A stretch of DNA of 64,000 bases from Psilocybe cubensis (taxonomy: Eukaryota). The stretch is from positions 3,720,001-3,784,000 of the forward strand of contig CM039001.1 of the NCBI GenBank assembly GCA_017499595.2, written 5' to 3'. Of this stretch, positions 32,528 to 48,009 are shown piece after piece (position 1 is the stretch's first letter; each line of letters opens with the position of its first letter). The notes under the pieces were generated by a model, which saw only the letters and a program-made list of their open reading frames with translations, did no database searches and had not been told where the DNA came from. A program made the position numbers and the translations under genes.

Positions 32528-34503
32528 CTACTGTCCATGGCTGAAATGGAACTGGAAGCCGCCCTGGCCACCGGGGAACGCACCACCAGGGAACCCGCGA
32601 GGCATACCACCGCCAAACTGCCCCCCAAAGCCGCCTGCCTGCTGCTGGAAGAAGTGAGCGAACGGATGCTGGCCATTTTGGAACGGGTGCCCGCCCTGCT
32701 GCGCCATTGGATCCATTGGGTCCTCGCCGTTGTCGAAGCGCTGCCGTAGCTCGGGATTGGACAGCACCTCATACGCCTCGTTGAGTAGCGCCATTTTGGC
32801 CTCTGACCCGCCCTTGTCCGGGTGTGCGCTCTTCGCAGCTTTCCGGCTATCGTCAAGTGCGGTAAGTATTCTGTGTTTTCGATAAGCAAAACAGGACGTA
32901 CTAAGCTTTCTTGATGGTCTTTTGGTCTGCATCTCTGGAAACGCCAATAATTTTGTAGTAATCCTTTTGTTTACTCTGCTTGAGAAGTTTTTGCGCCTTT
33001 TGCAACCGTTGATGAATCTAAAGCAGGGAAAAATCAGTAAATGTATGCGCAATTGAATGGTAGCCTCAATAAACGCCAAAATAGACCCAAATAGAACTCA
33101 CCTCTCTGTCAGAGCGCCCGCTGCTCTCGAAAGCCCTTTCCAGTGTCCGTACAGCGTCCTCCCACTCTTCTTTCGCCAATAGGGCCTCACCACGTCCCAC
33201 GAGCCCATCAACGTCCTCATTGCATCCGTCAAGAGTCAACAGCTCATCACACCAGCGCTCCATCTGCGTTTTGTAATCGGCAGAAGATTTGACGGTGTCT
33301 GCGAGGTGCGTGTACGATTTACACAGCGCCCGAACGAGCTTCTGGCGCTGAGGAGAGACTTTGGAGGCAAGCGGGAGGTGAATACGCGGTGTCTTTTTGC
33401 CCTTCTTCGCGGATGTGGGGGCAGGTTGGGGAATGCTGGCTTGAATGAGTGTTGGTGGTACAAGGGGGAGAACCTCTTTTTCTTCACCGACGTTGGAGAG
33501 CATGGCTTCCTCCCACCGCTTCCAGAGGTCGCCGTTCTTGCCGCCTTCTGGGGTGAGGAGCAGTTTGATGATGCCTCGCCAGTCTGACTTTCCAAGGAGG
33601 TCATCGAGTTGGGCGAAGGATTTCTCAAAGGATTTAAGCATACGGCGCAGGCTTAGGCATGGTTTGGAATCAGGATCGTAATGGAGGCATTGTTTGAGGG
33701 TATTAAGAGGAGCTGGAGATGGGGAAAGGAGGAAATAAGATAATCGGAAAATGTGGGTAAGCAGCTGGGTGGATGGCTGTAGCAGGTGAGAAAGACGACT
33801 GTAAAAGTCCATCAGGGAGGAGATATAGAAAGTCGAGAGATATAAACTCACGTCAGGTCGCCAACACTACTCTCAATATCCCCCGCCGCTAGCGAACATT
33901 CCGCCCGCCATGTTCTAATTTCCAGGGAGTGGCTCGCTACCCGCAGAGCCTGAGAGGCGCTCTCAACGCAGGCGTTCCAGAGCTCTGCGTTACGTTCCTT
34001 CTCAGTCTTCGTTCTAAGCTTTTCTCCCTCTAACATATCTGCCTCCAGCTCCTCAGCCTCTTTGTCCTTGCCTTTTGCCTTGACGTAAGCCGAGAACGAT
34101 GTCTTGGCAAGTGAGAAGTGGCCTTCACGGGTGAATATCCGTGCCTTCATTAGATGGGCATTATCGAAGGTATTGGAGGTGAGCGACAGAACTTTATCAA
34201 AGTCTTCAAGTGCTGAGTTATGTCTCTGCAGTGAATAGTATGCCGTGGCGCGTTTGTAATAGAGGAGATAATCTGCTGGCGATTGTTCTGCATGGGGGTA
34301 AGTGTTCGGTTCATTGTGGCACTGTGGGGCGGCTGACCTATGGCTTCTGAGTATACTTTGGCGGCCTCGTTGAACATGCCCGATGATAGTAACACATTTG
34401 CCTTGGTAATGAGAGGTTGGAGTCCTGGGGGATAGAGACCAGTGTCCGCAGACGCCTGGTTGGCTAGCAAAAGCAACAAAGGTGAGAGTGCGAAGAGCCT
34501 CAT
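32528..34503 (-). CDS. ER-lumenal TPR + J-domain co-chaperone (DNAJC3/P58IPK, Jem1-like), multi-exon
   Basis: Signal peptide MRLFALSPLLLLLANQASA, TPR repeats (YYKRATAYYSL...ALEDFDKVL), KQCLHYDPDSKPC, J-domain HPDKGG...LNEAYEVLSNPELRQRFDNGEDP, G/F-rich tail. Confidence 0.92.
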
Positions 34504-34669
34504 TGGAAGATATCAATTATAGTATTAAGCCAGTGTTGAAAGTACCGAGAGCCTTCGCGAATGAAGACACTGATTAGAGAGGAGGAGGAAAGGAGGGAAT
34601 CGAAGGTTAGATACAATTGTAAGTTGAACCGTTGGAGCTTTTCGGATATATTTGTCCTGAACCATCAAG

Positions 34670-34677
34670 GACACGTA
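34670..34677. promoter_or_regulatory. Putative UPRE-2/Hac1-type element GACACGTA (TACGTG core on the minus strand) upstream of the DnaJ-TPR gene
   Basis: The motif lies about 170 bp upstream of the ATG at 34503. ER co-chaperones are typical UPR targets. The motif is short and could occur by chance. Confidence 0.35.
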
Positions 34678-35334
34678 GCGTCCCACGGTCACTCTGGTTT
34701 TGCTTCCGTGGCCCTAGGATCTAATCTTATCAAGTTCCTTGCCCCTTGGCCCTTGCCTCAACCTTGCCTCAACCCGGCCACGCCGATTGTCGACTTTGAC
34801 TTGCTAAGAGACAGCAGCGTCAAAATGAAAGGGGTGAATCGTTTCAAGGATGCATATTTCGAGGCTTCATACATTTCAACTGTGACAGTCTTTCCCGGTC
34901 GGCCAATCCTCGTCAAATATCTGGATAAGTCGGCGAACGTCACAAGAGATGCAACGTGTTCCGAATTAGCCCTAAATCATGGGGGCTGTTTATTTCTTGC
35001 TCTCCGTGGATGCATGACATGCGCTTTCGCTGGCAACTGTTGCAGAAAATTTGCATTCTTTTCCATTGGAAAGTAAGCAGGTTCTGCATAACGGCTTAGA
35101 CTTCTGCGCAACTAGCATCTCTGAAGTACCCCGGGGCCCGGGCGAGGACGTTCCGTCATGAAAATCGACTCCTCAGGATGTTCCAATACCGGAAAAATGC
35201 CTGATTTTTAGCACAATGTCGTTCCAGAAATTTTGGAGGTCGTTCCAAAAGCCGGTCGCATATCGAATAAGACAGCGGCATCTTGAGAATGCCCTTGGCC
35301 GTCACAAATCCTTGAGCAGCTCAGTTACAGTTAA

Positions 35335-35420
35335 GCATTAATGGGGTAGTGGTAACCTGGGTCGTTGCCATTCGAGTGATTAAGCTCGACCCGCCGGGGG
35401 TTCGATTCCCCCTTAATGCA
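35335..35420 (+). tRNA. tRNA-Gly(GCC) with 15-nt intron (35371-35385)
   Basis: Acceptor stem GCATTAA/TTAATGC+A, D-arm GGGT-AGTGGTA-ACCT, anticodon stem GGTCG/CGACC with GCC at 35367-35369, T-arm GGGGG-TTCGATT-CCCCC. Confidence 0.95.
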
Positions 35421-36120
35421 CGCCTGTGTGGTACATGTAAGGTGACTTGTATGTACTATATATGCAATTTCATTTTTCTTTTTCTTGGCATTGTTTAATT
35501 ATACCATGGCATGCACTTATGGCGCGAAGCCAATTAATCTACTGTAGACTTAGAAATAGGATGGAGTGCCAAAAGAATATAGCAAGTTATTTTTAACATT
35601 CAGTTCTGGAACTCTATATTGTGCACCGTGCATCCTTGTCCAAGTATTTTATTAATTGGTTTCACAGACACGTTCTCCCAAACTCAATGCATCAGCTGCA
35701 AAATGAAGAATTTCAAAAGGCTGTATAGACGACCCCCGAAGTTTTGTCTTTCTAAGTTCTAACCCTGTGTCGTACCCAGATACATCAACATATATAATGC
35801 AATCCGAGGAGGACTGCGGCGAATTCAGAGAATGCAGCTAAAGTGGATCACCAAACGGATTGTTTTATTTGTTCTACCAATTTCGAACGGAGAGCTGCAA
35901 GCTTTTTTGCACTGTGCGGTTTAGCTAGAAATGCAAATATGGGACATCAAAGTCCTGATTCGGTGAGCTGCAAGTGTTCAAACACTATATGATTTTTAGA
36001 CTTGTACACCTCTCTCTTTGACTTAAAACCCTTTGGAATGCCCTCAAAAAGTTAGTTTAGGAGTCGCACACAGTATCTCTGACATAAATTTCAATATACA
36101 GATTCAAATGCAAAAAGCTA

Positions 36121-36232
36121 TGACAAGAGTGGGACTTGAACCCACGCCACGATTCCGTGATGAGAAATGAACCCACAATTTGTGGGCAAGCTAAGCTTGA
36201 GTCACACGCCTTAACCGCTCGGCCATCTTGCC
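36121..36232 (-). tRNA. tRNA-Leu(CAA) with about 29-nt intron (36195-36167) and long variable arm
   Basis: GGCAAGA/TCTTGTC+A acceptor, TGGCCGAGCGGTTAAGGC A-box, CAA anticodon (36199-36197), variable arm CACG-GAAT-CGTG, T-arm GTGGG-TTCAAGT-CCCAC, T5 terminator just downstream. Confidence 0.92.
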
Positions 36233-37842
36233 TTGCGTTCGGGAGGAAATTGAAAATATCAGACAGGAAAGTAATCAGGCATCGTTGTGTCATCGATCCT
36301 CGACAGTGAGCCAGAAATAGATCTAGAAGTAATTGAATCATGGTCCGTCATCTACGTTTAGATTGTTCATTTTTCAGTCCATCGACCTAGCTTCCATCTG
36401 ATCTTATCTGGACCTCTGCATACGCACTGACCGCCGTGCCACACAGGCCGCCAAACGATGGGCAGATATCAGTCATATAGCGTTTTTACTTGCTCAAGAA
36501 ACAACCCTTCCTCATATTTTGACTGTGGATGACTCGCTACATCGCCTCGCCTCAGTAATCTCCCGGTTATACATAGCCAGGTGTGCGGCTGGCAGCGGAC
36601 TCGGAGAACAAATGCATGATAGATGAAGGACCATCAGGTTGTCTATTTACAAGCATCGGACGCTCTTACTTACTGAACAGTGTGTTGACAGTTGATGACA
36701 GACCATAATTAGTAAGAGTATGATTCCATTCAGGTTCGGCACCCTTAGGCGCCCGAGATCGGTAAAGTCATGTCGCTGACATGATTCTCTAGTCCGGCGA
36801 GAAAGATACAGTAGTAGATTCTCTTGATCTACTTGTCTAGTCCGGATTTGCGCAGCAGCTAAAAATACATCTCTATCTATCACAGTCAGCGAGGAGATCG
36901 TATAAGTGTGCACAATATTGTTATACTAGCATCAATAAATAATATTATGTTCCAGAATCTAGCATGCAGCCCAAAATTCTACAGGAACCCGAGTCAATGA
37001 TGTTTCCCGCTGGACGTAGCTTACAAACAGCTTTTGTGTTCTGGTAACAATATATCCTGGATCCCACATATCTACCGCATGGCCGAGAGTGCCATGCTTC
37101 ATTGCCCATATCTTAGGTTATACCAGCTCCTCCATCCGGTAGTAAGAAAGCCGAGTGGAAATGGACGTTGTGGCTGGAAAACAATCATTCACACAGAAGA
37201 AGGTTCCCTATGGACGGATGGCAGTTCTGATGTTGTCTCCTGTATATGAGTATGCATGTGCGTTCAAGGGGTAAGCTTCGATAAACTAGCCTACCCCTGG
37301 ACATCAAGGGAGTCGCCACGGAGAAGCTGATTAAAGGCATTGCCGGCGACGTTGATTGACGATTGTGGGGGTCAATTGGCAAAGTCGCTTGACATACACC
37401 GCCACTCCCTTGATTTTAACCGTGGGGTGATTACTAGGTATATGCCAATGACTACTAGTACCCCTTCGCTGCGCCTTTGACTAATTAATTCAGTCGCCGC
37501 AACTCGACAAGTCAACTGCACAGAAGCTGCCGCTATGCCACCAAATATGCTGCGGGTACTTGGCCGGTGCATTTTCTGCTATCACAGATCCGTGGATGAA
37601 GCCGTTCTGTGCTTTATTTGTAAAAGGTTTATAAGTACCCATGTTCTCCGATTCCTTCACTGTAACTTTGCTCGCTTTATCTGGAAAAAAGTGCTGACTA
37701 AACTGCCCCGATTCTCGAACCTTTCCTGGTCGAAGACTCCTTTCAAGTTCTCAGCCTCAGCGCCGTCGCAGACAAGTATCAATACGTTTGGATGACCGGA
37801 GCGAGCAATTTCCTACAAATTAGCTCACAAGTAACCGCCAAA

Positions 37843-38969
37843 ATGTCGCAACCCAACGAATATCCTTCTCATCGTCGATATGATGATTTTTCCGAAGAAG
37901 GCGTCAGGTAAAAAATCTGACCCCTTTGACGCGTCTAAAAATAGCCTGACTTGCGCGCAGCGACAATGTAGATCCTACTGCCCTGGTTGAAACTAAGAGA
38001 AAATGTGCCAAACGTTTGGCGCATTTAATCTTCTTTCGAGTGCTGGATATCCTCAGCTCCATTGCTCTTCTGTCAATCTCTAGAGCGTGTCGGTTCAAAT
38101 TTCGAGATACAAGTCCTTGTCCATTCACTGGTAGAGATTCGGACACGATTCAGATGGGACCCAGCGATATCCCTTGGTCATGGCAAAGTTCAGTTTGGGT
38201 AGCTCGTTTGTCAAGAAGGGGAGGCCTTGAGGCAGGATTTGCTCGCCCTTTGTCTGAAACAGCAATGCGGTCGTCAATCCTATGTTGGTCACACGCAGTG
38301 CCACAGTTAATAAAAGGTTGGACAACGATTCAGTTCGGCTCTGGCGTCCTCATTCCGTAAGACCTCAATCTATTATCCAATAAATGAAAATTAATACATG
38401 ATAATGCGTAGATGCTGCTTTACCGTGCTTCAGATTGATGATATCCTGGACAAAATTGTCCTGCGGACATTAGTTCTGTGTGCTGCTGTCCTAGCGATGG
38501 CGAGTCTGACATGCAGCACCTTTTATACACTGTGCGCGAAACGATGGGTTGAGAGGTTTATTTTCCTTGAATGGATATACGTAAGTAGATTGCTGCTTTA
38601 TAGTACTTCAGTAATTGAAAGTAATGTCATCGTCTCCGATTTCCAGGCATCACACTATCCAGATGCTGGATTAAATTTTTGGAATTTCTTATGTCTTCCC
38701 GCCATTCTCCTTGCGTGGTGCATTGTAATCATTTTATTTCCACTTTTCCCAATTATTAAAATATTACTTTGGCGTTTAGGTCTTTAATATTCTTCTTTTT
38801 GACTGTTACCCTGCTTTCATGGGGCAGTCGCATTCCATCAGACCCGTCTGATTCAGCTAATAACTCTATAATTCCCTGCATAATATCAGGAGTGACCATC
38901 CTCCTTTCCATATTAATATCCGTTATACAGATATATCGTGCATTCAAGCGACTTTATATTGAGAGATGA
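37843..38969 (+). CDS. Hypothetical multi-pass membrane protein (paralog family), multi-exon
   Basis: QLIKGWTTIQFGSGVLIP|CCFTVLQIDDILDKIVLRTLVL...LAMASLTCSTFY...W|...FWNFLCLPAILLAW|SLIFFFLTVTLLSWG...QIYRAF. Confidence 0.65.
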
Positions 38970-39196
38970 TTTGTTTCATTCTCTCTCGAATGTATATCAC
39001 TAGTTTTAAATTACTGAGCATATTAAACGGAAAAATTTGTAATTGTGAGGTTTAACAAGTTTAACAACCTCACACGGCGGGCCGAGGCGCGGGCGCTTAG
39101 TTATGTGACTGCTACGTAGTAACATGAACTTCCAGCTTGACCTCCGCGTCATTCCACGGTTTACCAAATGGCTTCTTTTCCGACTTTGTGAGAAAT

Positions 39197-41326
39197 TCAC
39201 TCAGGCCTTCTCATGGACTTTGGAATCACCGCCCATATAATCACCATTCCACTCATCATTGAAATCATCCTAGTGTAGGGTGAAAGTTGAATTAATACCT
39301 ATTGAACAGGCGACACACATATAGATTTTAAATACTCACAGTGGTTGCACGGAAGCAATACCATATCTTGAAGCTAATACACCAGTGATCAAAGGCAAGG
39401 CGGCAGATCCAGCTACGCCAATCCCAGTCACCAAGCCAACGCTTCCCGTAAGGAGCCACTTTGGAAGAATTTTGGTCATATGCGAAACGAGGAGTGGATA
39501 CATTGGTCCGAGAACCACTCCAACCAAAGACACCTATGTAATATACGTCGTTGATACAGAAATTCGATCGGGAACAAATGGCAGCTGACGTACGGATACA
39601 GCATTTCCGATGATATTTGGAATGAACCAAACGGTGAGCTCGAGCCTTTGACGATCAAAATTAGCCCCCAGAGTTTCTAGACAAGCTTACCAACGTACCC
39701 AATTGCAATGAGAGCGTAGATAGTTACAACGCGGTATTCCCCAACCATCTTATTTAGCCACATCAAGCAGAGACGTCCTATAGTGAGACCTATGTGTGAT
39801 GATTAGCTTACGGGTGATTATGCCGCATTCTGTGCTCAATAAGATGCTTTTTTGGATGAACGAACCTCCGAAGAATCCAGAAGAAATATACCCAGAATTA
39901 TTTCCACCTCCGCGCTTGCGGATGATAAAAGTTACTATCCATCCTAATTGCGACGCCGTCATGTCAGTATTTTATTAATGTACAGTGTGAGTCTCGGCAA
40001 ACCTCCTAGAGTGACCTCAACTCCAATATAGATTAGGGCAAATATCGCAAATAAAGGAACACTTTGGTGAGAGAAGATTTGACGATATTTGCTTCCACGT
40101 TGCTGGTGCGCTTGCTCGTTGATTGGCTCTTGGCCAGCTTCAATTAACACCTCTGTCCCAATTTCAGGAGGGGACTTCAAGATATCAACCAACATACCTT
40201 CTTGCCTCTTGAACCGGAAAACATATAATATGGCAGTCATGTTCACCACGGTGAGTACGGTCGAGACAATGAAATGATATGACCATTGACGACCGGGAAG
40301 CTTCGAAAAATAAGTCGATGCAAACGGGGCAGAAAATGCACCTATTCCTAAGAGTAAAATGTCATAACAAGTCATGCAAAGTAGTGGAAAATACTTGCCA
40401 TAAGCTCCTTGAAGCAGCCCAAGCTTTAATGACATATCATTGCTCAAGCCTGCGACAAAGCCATTGCACTGAGCGACCTGTGTAATAGTTAGAATTGATC
40501 AGTGAGGGTCTGCCAAGTCCGTAATGCAGTTTGGCTCCTTTCCTGAAATGATACCCCGAATCCAGCAAGAACATATGCACAAACCAACACCGGGAACGGT
40601 GGGGTTGCGATAATAATAGCATAACCACACAATTGGAAGAGCGTGCCCATGGCAAGGATCTGGACGAGTCATTCAATGAGGATCAAGATTCTGTGAGAAA
40701 TGGAATCGATTTGCCTTTCCAAATCCCAGTTTATCATTCAACCAAATATTAAGGACTCCTGCACAAATATATCCCTGTAATTTTTGAGCATACTGCGTCC
40801 TGACTCCCGACTGAAATGAAAGGATTAGACTGACCGAGCAACTTCCAACAAAAATCATTGATACCAATGTAAAGCCAACCTACGTATGGCAAATCAAGGA
40901 ATGCAAAATCAAGGACGCTTCGAACATTACATTGTAGTACTCTTGCAAAGTGGGCAAAAGCGGACCAGCTGTCCCGTCGTTCCACCCCGCCATTCCGAGG
41001 CAATAACAAAGCGCCAAGAACTGTATAAGATCCTTACGTTTCTGGTTGGCGCGCTCCTCCTCGCTGATACCCGCTGATACCCCTGGCTTCTCTTCAGGAG
41101 AACTGACCGCTAATTCTGGTTCACGCTGAAGATCCTGTAGTTCATTCAACGATGTGCCATGGTGCGGTGATGGTTCCAAACTCTGTGTCAATTGTTTATT
41201 TCGTCCTAAAATGTAATTTGACGTATTGCAAGGAGCTTGTGTCGAAGTTGGAGGATTCAGTGGAGGTATGATTGACATTGCAATTGAATCTCCATTATGC
41301 GCATACTCAGAGGCAGGCCTTGACAT
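39197..41326 (-). CDS. Major facilitator superfamily transporter (BSC6-like), many exons
   Basis: GWNDGTAGPLLPTLQEYY, LNIWLNDKLGFGK, GLLQGAYG.GAFSAP, IYIGVEVTLGGWIVTFII..RGGG..SGYISSGFFGG, GPMYP, GSAALPLITGVLASRYGI. Confidence 0.9.
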
Positions 41327-41670
41327 GACTGTACTCCAGAGTAACAATGAAGAGAAGGGTTACAGAGGTCTAGAAGTGACTCATGTTTGATACTGTCCGT
41401 ATTTAAACGTCTTTATTCAATATGCTGATAAATCTTTACGAGAAATGATAACTTATCGAATCGAAGCTAAACGTGGGACTTTGGTGGACTTCAGATATGT
41501 AGCCGTCAGCTGTCTGATTACTAAAATTCACAAGTACAGAAAAATTGACTTACGCTAGCGTACCTCAAGACTTTTCACATAAAGTTTATGTGAACTCTCT
41601 GTGCGTTTATATTAAGTACTTACAGGTAAACAAATGGCCGGTGCGATGCGTTAATGTAAAAATGGTTCAG

Positions 41671-44009
<2,339 letters not shown>

Positions 44010-45028
44010 TTAGATAGGAACAGACAATGAAGGAATATTAACGTTGCAGCATGGTATTTATACCAAAGGTTATCTAAACCTGGGTGTCCAATGATATATC
44101 GTGCCTGGGAACCTTCGCCTTTCGCAGCTTTGCCTTCTGGCGTGGCACGTACATATGATCAGTAGTGACGACGGCTTCAAATTAAAATCTGCTCACAAGA
44201 GCACTCGAACACTAAATTTAACGAAATTGTTCTTAATTGATATTGTATTAAAATTGAAACAGCTCTCACAGCTGACTTGTAAGCAGATTAGGTGTTTTTT
44301 GGTGATTGTTTATGCGCAATGAAAAGGCTATAAAATGTATATGGGCTAAAATAAGATTGGGTTATGGTAGGCAATGGATAAAATCCCAGTTGACATACCT
44401 CTTGATTCGTATGATTAGAATCCTACGAGAAGAAAGAGAACAGAAAGACTGAAGTTGCGGGTGTATCCTTTGGAGCAATGAATTGAGAAAAGCTGGTATT
44501 CGAGGATAAGAGGCGTCTTCTGTTCGTCTGTTGTGGCGTTGAAAGAAGGGCACAAAGTGATGGAAACGCCTTTCATCGGTAGTAAACGCAAGGGAAAGGT
44601 CACCGGAACGAGAATACAGCCGATCTTGTTCATGAAATGACATCGAAGTCTGAGAAATGATACCTTGGAAGGTCAGGAATAGTAAGGCCCCCAAAAGACC
44701 ATTGAGAGCATTTTTAGCCAAAGCATTGCCGTCGTGTGGTGGCGGTCCGTTAACTCCCCTGTAGTCCCTCACCGTTCATGAGTCTTGAATAAAGTGGTTT
44801 GAAAGAGATAGAGATCATTGGAGCGTAAATGCAATCAAAAAAAATTAGGAAGATGATGTGGTACGCCAATGCAAAGATGTGGACGAACGTGAATTGCAAA
44901 AAAACTCTTGTTTGGCAACACCAAGATCAATAAACATTGACACAATGACCAATTTCACACCTTGACCTACGTTGGACCAACCATGACAGCAAGGCCGTAA
45001 GCGCAGGAATAGTTTGGCCGACGATAAC

Positions 45029-46411
45029 ATGGAAGGAGCAAAACTACCGCTTGAGCTGCTCGACGCCATAGTTGACGAAATTTCAGCAAGTACAAGGGAC
45101 GATCCTACCTCAAAAACTTGTCTTCTAAACTGCGCGCTTGTATGTCGCTCCATGTACACTCGTGCATCGGGGCACACGTATTCCGCTGTGTCGGTCGTCT
45201 CAGGGACGGAGAGGAACTCGGAGGTGAACCAAATTCTGGCGAAGAAACTGGAGAAGCTTCATTTGATCTTTGAGAAAAATGGCGCACTGGCGCAGCGGGT
45301 ACGGACTTTTACGTTGGATGTATGCTTTGCCGACACAATTCTTGCCATTGATCCTTTCAAATTCCTCAATAACCCACACCTACCTCTCATTCTCGACCAA
45401 CTGTCGTCCATTTCAGCTTTTGAATGGATTAGCCATATTCGCCCCTTTCCATGGAACGCGTTCAGCCTTCAAATACGACAAGCAATTTCAGCACTTTTGC
45501 AAAGACCATCGTTGATATCTATGTCACTCTGTGCCATTCAGAACGTTCCTGTCAACCTGATCCTCAACAACGGAAATCTGAAGCATCTTTTTCTCAAGCA
45601 TATTGATATCTACAACCCAGAAGACCATGAATTGCCCCTAACGCTGTTTCCCTGTGATTCTTTGAGATTGGCCAGCCATGTCAGTCATAACTCCGCAGAA
45701 ACAGTCTTCCGGCTGTTACTTAGTTCCCCGTACATGTTCTCTCAATTGCGTGTTCTACGGGTATGGATGCGACGAAGTGACGAGGTCTCCGCAGCATGGG
45801 CCGTGATGAAATCAGCAGCAAGCGCTTTGGAAACATTAGACATTGAAGACATGTCCCATTTTCAATGTAAGCACATCATATCGCGTTATATTTTGGCAGA
45901 AGAATATTGCTTAAACCTTCAAGATCCTACAATGATACCAGGTCCAGTAGATATCGGAAGTCTGCCTAGTTTGACCCACTTCTCAGTGAATTGTCTAATT
46001 GCCTCTGGGGATGGGGTCGTCTTTCCTATGGGAATTTATGGCATTTTGAACTCAGGCAGCTCACCGTCTAGAATCGAAGACGTGAAAATTACTATCGACT
46101 GGATAGATTGTGTTCCTGGTACGGAGTTACGAAAGTTCAGCGAGGAACCAGGCTGGACTGCTCTTGACGACGTGTTATCGGGGGCAAAATTTTCCTCTCT
46201 CCAAAAGGTGTCCTTGACGCTGAAGATGGGCTATGGATGGCGAACAACTCAGACATCTGGAGACAACCCCCCGCAAAGAATCATAGCGCTCAAGGATAAA
46301 ATCCAGAGTCTGGTAGCAAAGCTACTTCCTCAAACATCACGGAGGTTGAACAGAAAGGTTTACGTCAATTTGCTGATATATAGGTCGCGATATGCGCTTG
46401 ACACTGAGTAA
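45029..46411 (+). CDS. F-box-like / LRR-like protein of the expanded Agaricomycete type
   Basis: N-terminal LPLELLDAIVDEI...LLNCALVCRS, then RVRTFTL, LRVLRV, LETLDI, WTALDDVLS...FSSLQKVSL. A probable in-frame intron lies at about 45867-45923. Confidence 0.75.
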   Translation: MEGAKLPLELLDAIVDEISASTRDDPTSKTCLLNCALVCRSMYTRASGHTYSAVSVVSGTERNSEVNQILAKKLEKLHLIFEKNGALAQRVRTFTLDVCFADTILAIDPFKFLNNPHLPLILDQLSSISAFEWISHIRPFPWNAFSLQIRQAISALLQRPSLISMSLCAIQNVPVNLILNNGNLKHLFLKHIDIYNPEDHELPLTLFPCDSLRLASHVSHNSAETVFRLLLSSPYMFSQLRVLRVWMRRSDEVSAAWAVMKSAASALETLDIEDMSHFQCKHIISRYILAEEYCLNLQDPTMIPGPVDIGSLPSLTHFSVNCLIASGDGVVFPMGIYGILNSGSSPSRIEDVKITIDWIDCVPGTELRKFSEEPGWTALDDVLSGAKFSSLQKVSLTLKMGYGWRTTQTSGDNPPQRIIALKDKIQSLVAKLLPQTSRRLNRKVYVNLLIYRSRYALDTE

Positions 46412-46562
46412 CCTCGCCATTTTATTGCGGTCACCATTTCAGAATAGACGTAAGAACTACAAATCTTTCTCCATTTACTGTTATTCACGTGTTAATTTTT
46501 GACTACAGATATTCAATGATTTCTTGACCAAATACCACAACATCCAGTCATCTGTACTTGTA

Positions 46563-47788
46563 TCAGTTTCTCCATGCGCTCCGTGAGGTAAAAGCAGCCG
46601 GATGACCATCCCTATACCCAATTTTCCCCGTTGTAGGCCACGAGGTAGACCTTGTCCTTGAGGGTGGAATGTGTGCCACGCTTGCCTTGCCCTTGTCAAT
46701 CCTTTTCAGCTCACTTGAGATGGTTGCCGAAGAGAAATGTTTTGTTAGCTTTGGCTGATTGGTTAGTGTTCTGTGGCATGACCGATGATATCGAGCAGAA
46801 GGATGCGTAGCAGGATGCTCGGACAGAAAATCGACAGGTTGTTTCTGAAGTGCAGCAGTGGATTCTAAATCGTACCATGATTTACAATCTGGGATTGGGC
46901 TACCGCTCCGAGAGTGGAATGGATCCTCCATGAACGTTAACAACACTTCCTGGAGGAAGGTATCGGATAGGGAACCGCTTGATTCGTCCGCGATTATGGA
47001 GTGACCGGCGAATTTTCCGTATAATTCACAAGCGTTGGAGGCCGCATCCGACTTTAGAGAGCTCTTGCGCGAAGGAGAGTTGATTCCCACAATTCCAAGA
47101 CCATCGAACGGAGCATCGTCGTTTTTACGCGTGATTCCGATGATTCCTAGACCCGCGTTTTGCGATGGCTTTGAGTATACCTGCGGTGCTACAGAGGGAG
47201 ATGGTAGCAGATTGTCGAGGTAGCTCAGACTAGAGAGGTTGCATTCCTCGTCATCCGCAGATGAATCGCTTAGTATAGATAAGTTGCAGGAGCTCGATCT
47301 AGTCGGGAATCCCCTGGCTGGTCTAGCTCCTGAGGCTGACTGTTTCTGTGCTGCAACCATCATAGACAAAGATTGTGGAACCGAATGCAGGGGCGTCACA
47401 AATGGTGTGTTATTTGGAACAGCGGTATTGAGCGGGGACCGTGTCTGTTCATGAAGATGTCGAGACCCATGGGTAGCAAGCATTGTGCCTACGGAGGACA
47501 CAAAGGCATCCTCCGGTTGACGCCGCTACGGGCGTTGATTCAATTCTTAGGGTGTACGGGTTCATTGGACCCCAGACAACGCACCTCCTTTACCCGACGC
47601 TCTGCAGAGCGGATGCTTTCTTCCCTGCGAATAATTTCATGTATTGAATGCTCCAATTCCGACAGTGCTTCAGGGATAAAATCGACTTGTTCTTTGGAAC
47701 TGCAAGCTTCAGACATGCTGTCAGAAAGTGAGTGTGAACAGTAAAGTAATCTTGATAAAATTGATAGGAGATTGAAGGGGTGGGACAT
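46563..47788 (-). CDS. Hypothetical Ser-rich protein, 2 exons
   Basis: First exon MSHPFNLL...ERRVKE splices (gtgcgt...cgtag) in frame to the 312-aa ORF. No recognisable domain. Confidence 0.6.
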
Positions 47789-48009
47789 GTAATTGTTGGT
47801 TTTTTTTTGCTTTGAGAGAGTGTGTACTAGAATGTGTTAGAATGTAGCGATGGACTTGTGTGTTGTATGAATTGTGTGATTGGGAATGTCTACGCGCAGA
47901 CGTACTTATAGACTATTTTGGAGGCTGACCCAAGGCTGACCGCGAGCCTCTCTTTGAGGTGGCATGCATGGTTCAATGGATGACCATGTTGATCGTATCA
48001 TTCCACGTC

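Noticed and set aside
32396-32749. 117-aa plus-strand ORF overlapping the DnaJ gene
   Set aside because: Antisense shadow of the G/F/Q-rich J-protein tail.
34561-35076. 171-aa ORF between the DnaJ gene and tRNA-Gly
   Set aside because: It overlaps the expected promoter of the divergent DnaJ gene and shows no motif or splice support.
44362-44772. 136-aa minus-strand ORF between the GMC and F-box-like genes
   Set aside because: Non-ATG start and no recognisable family features.
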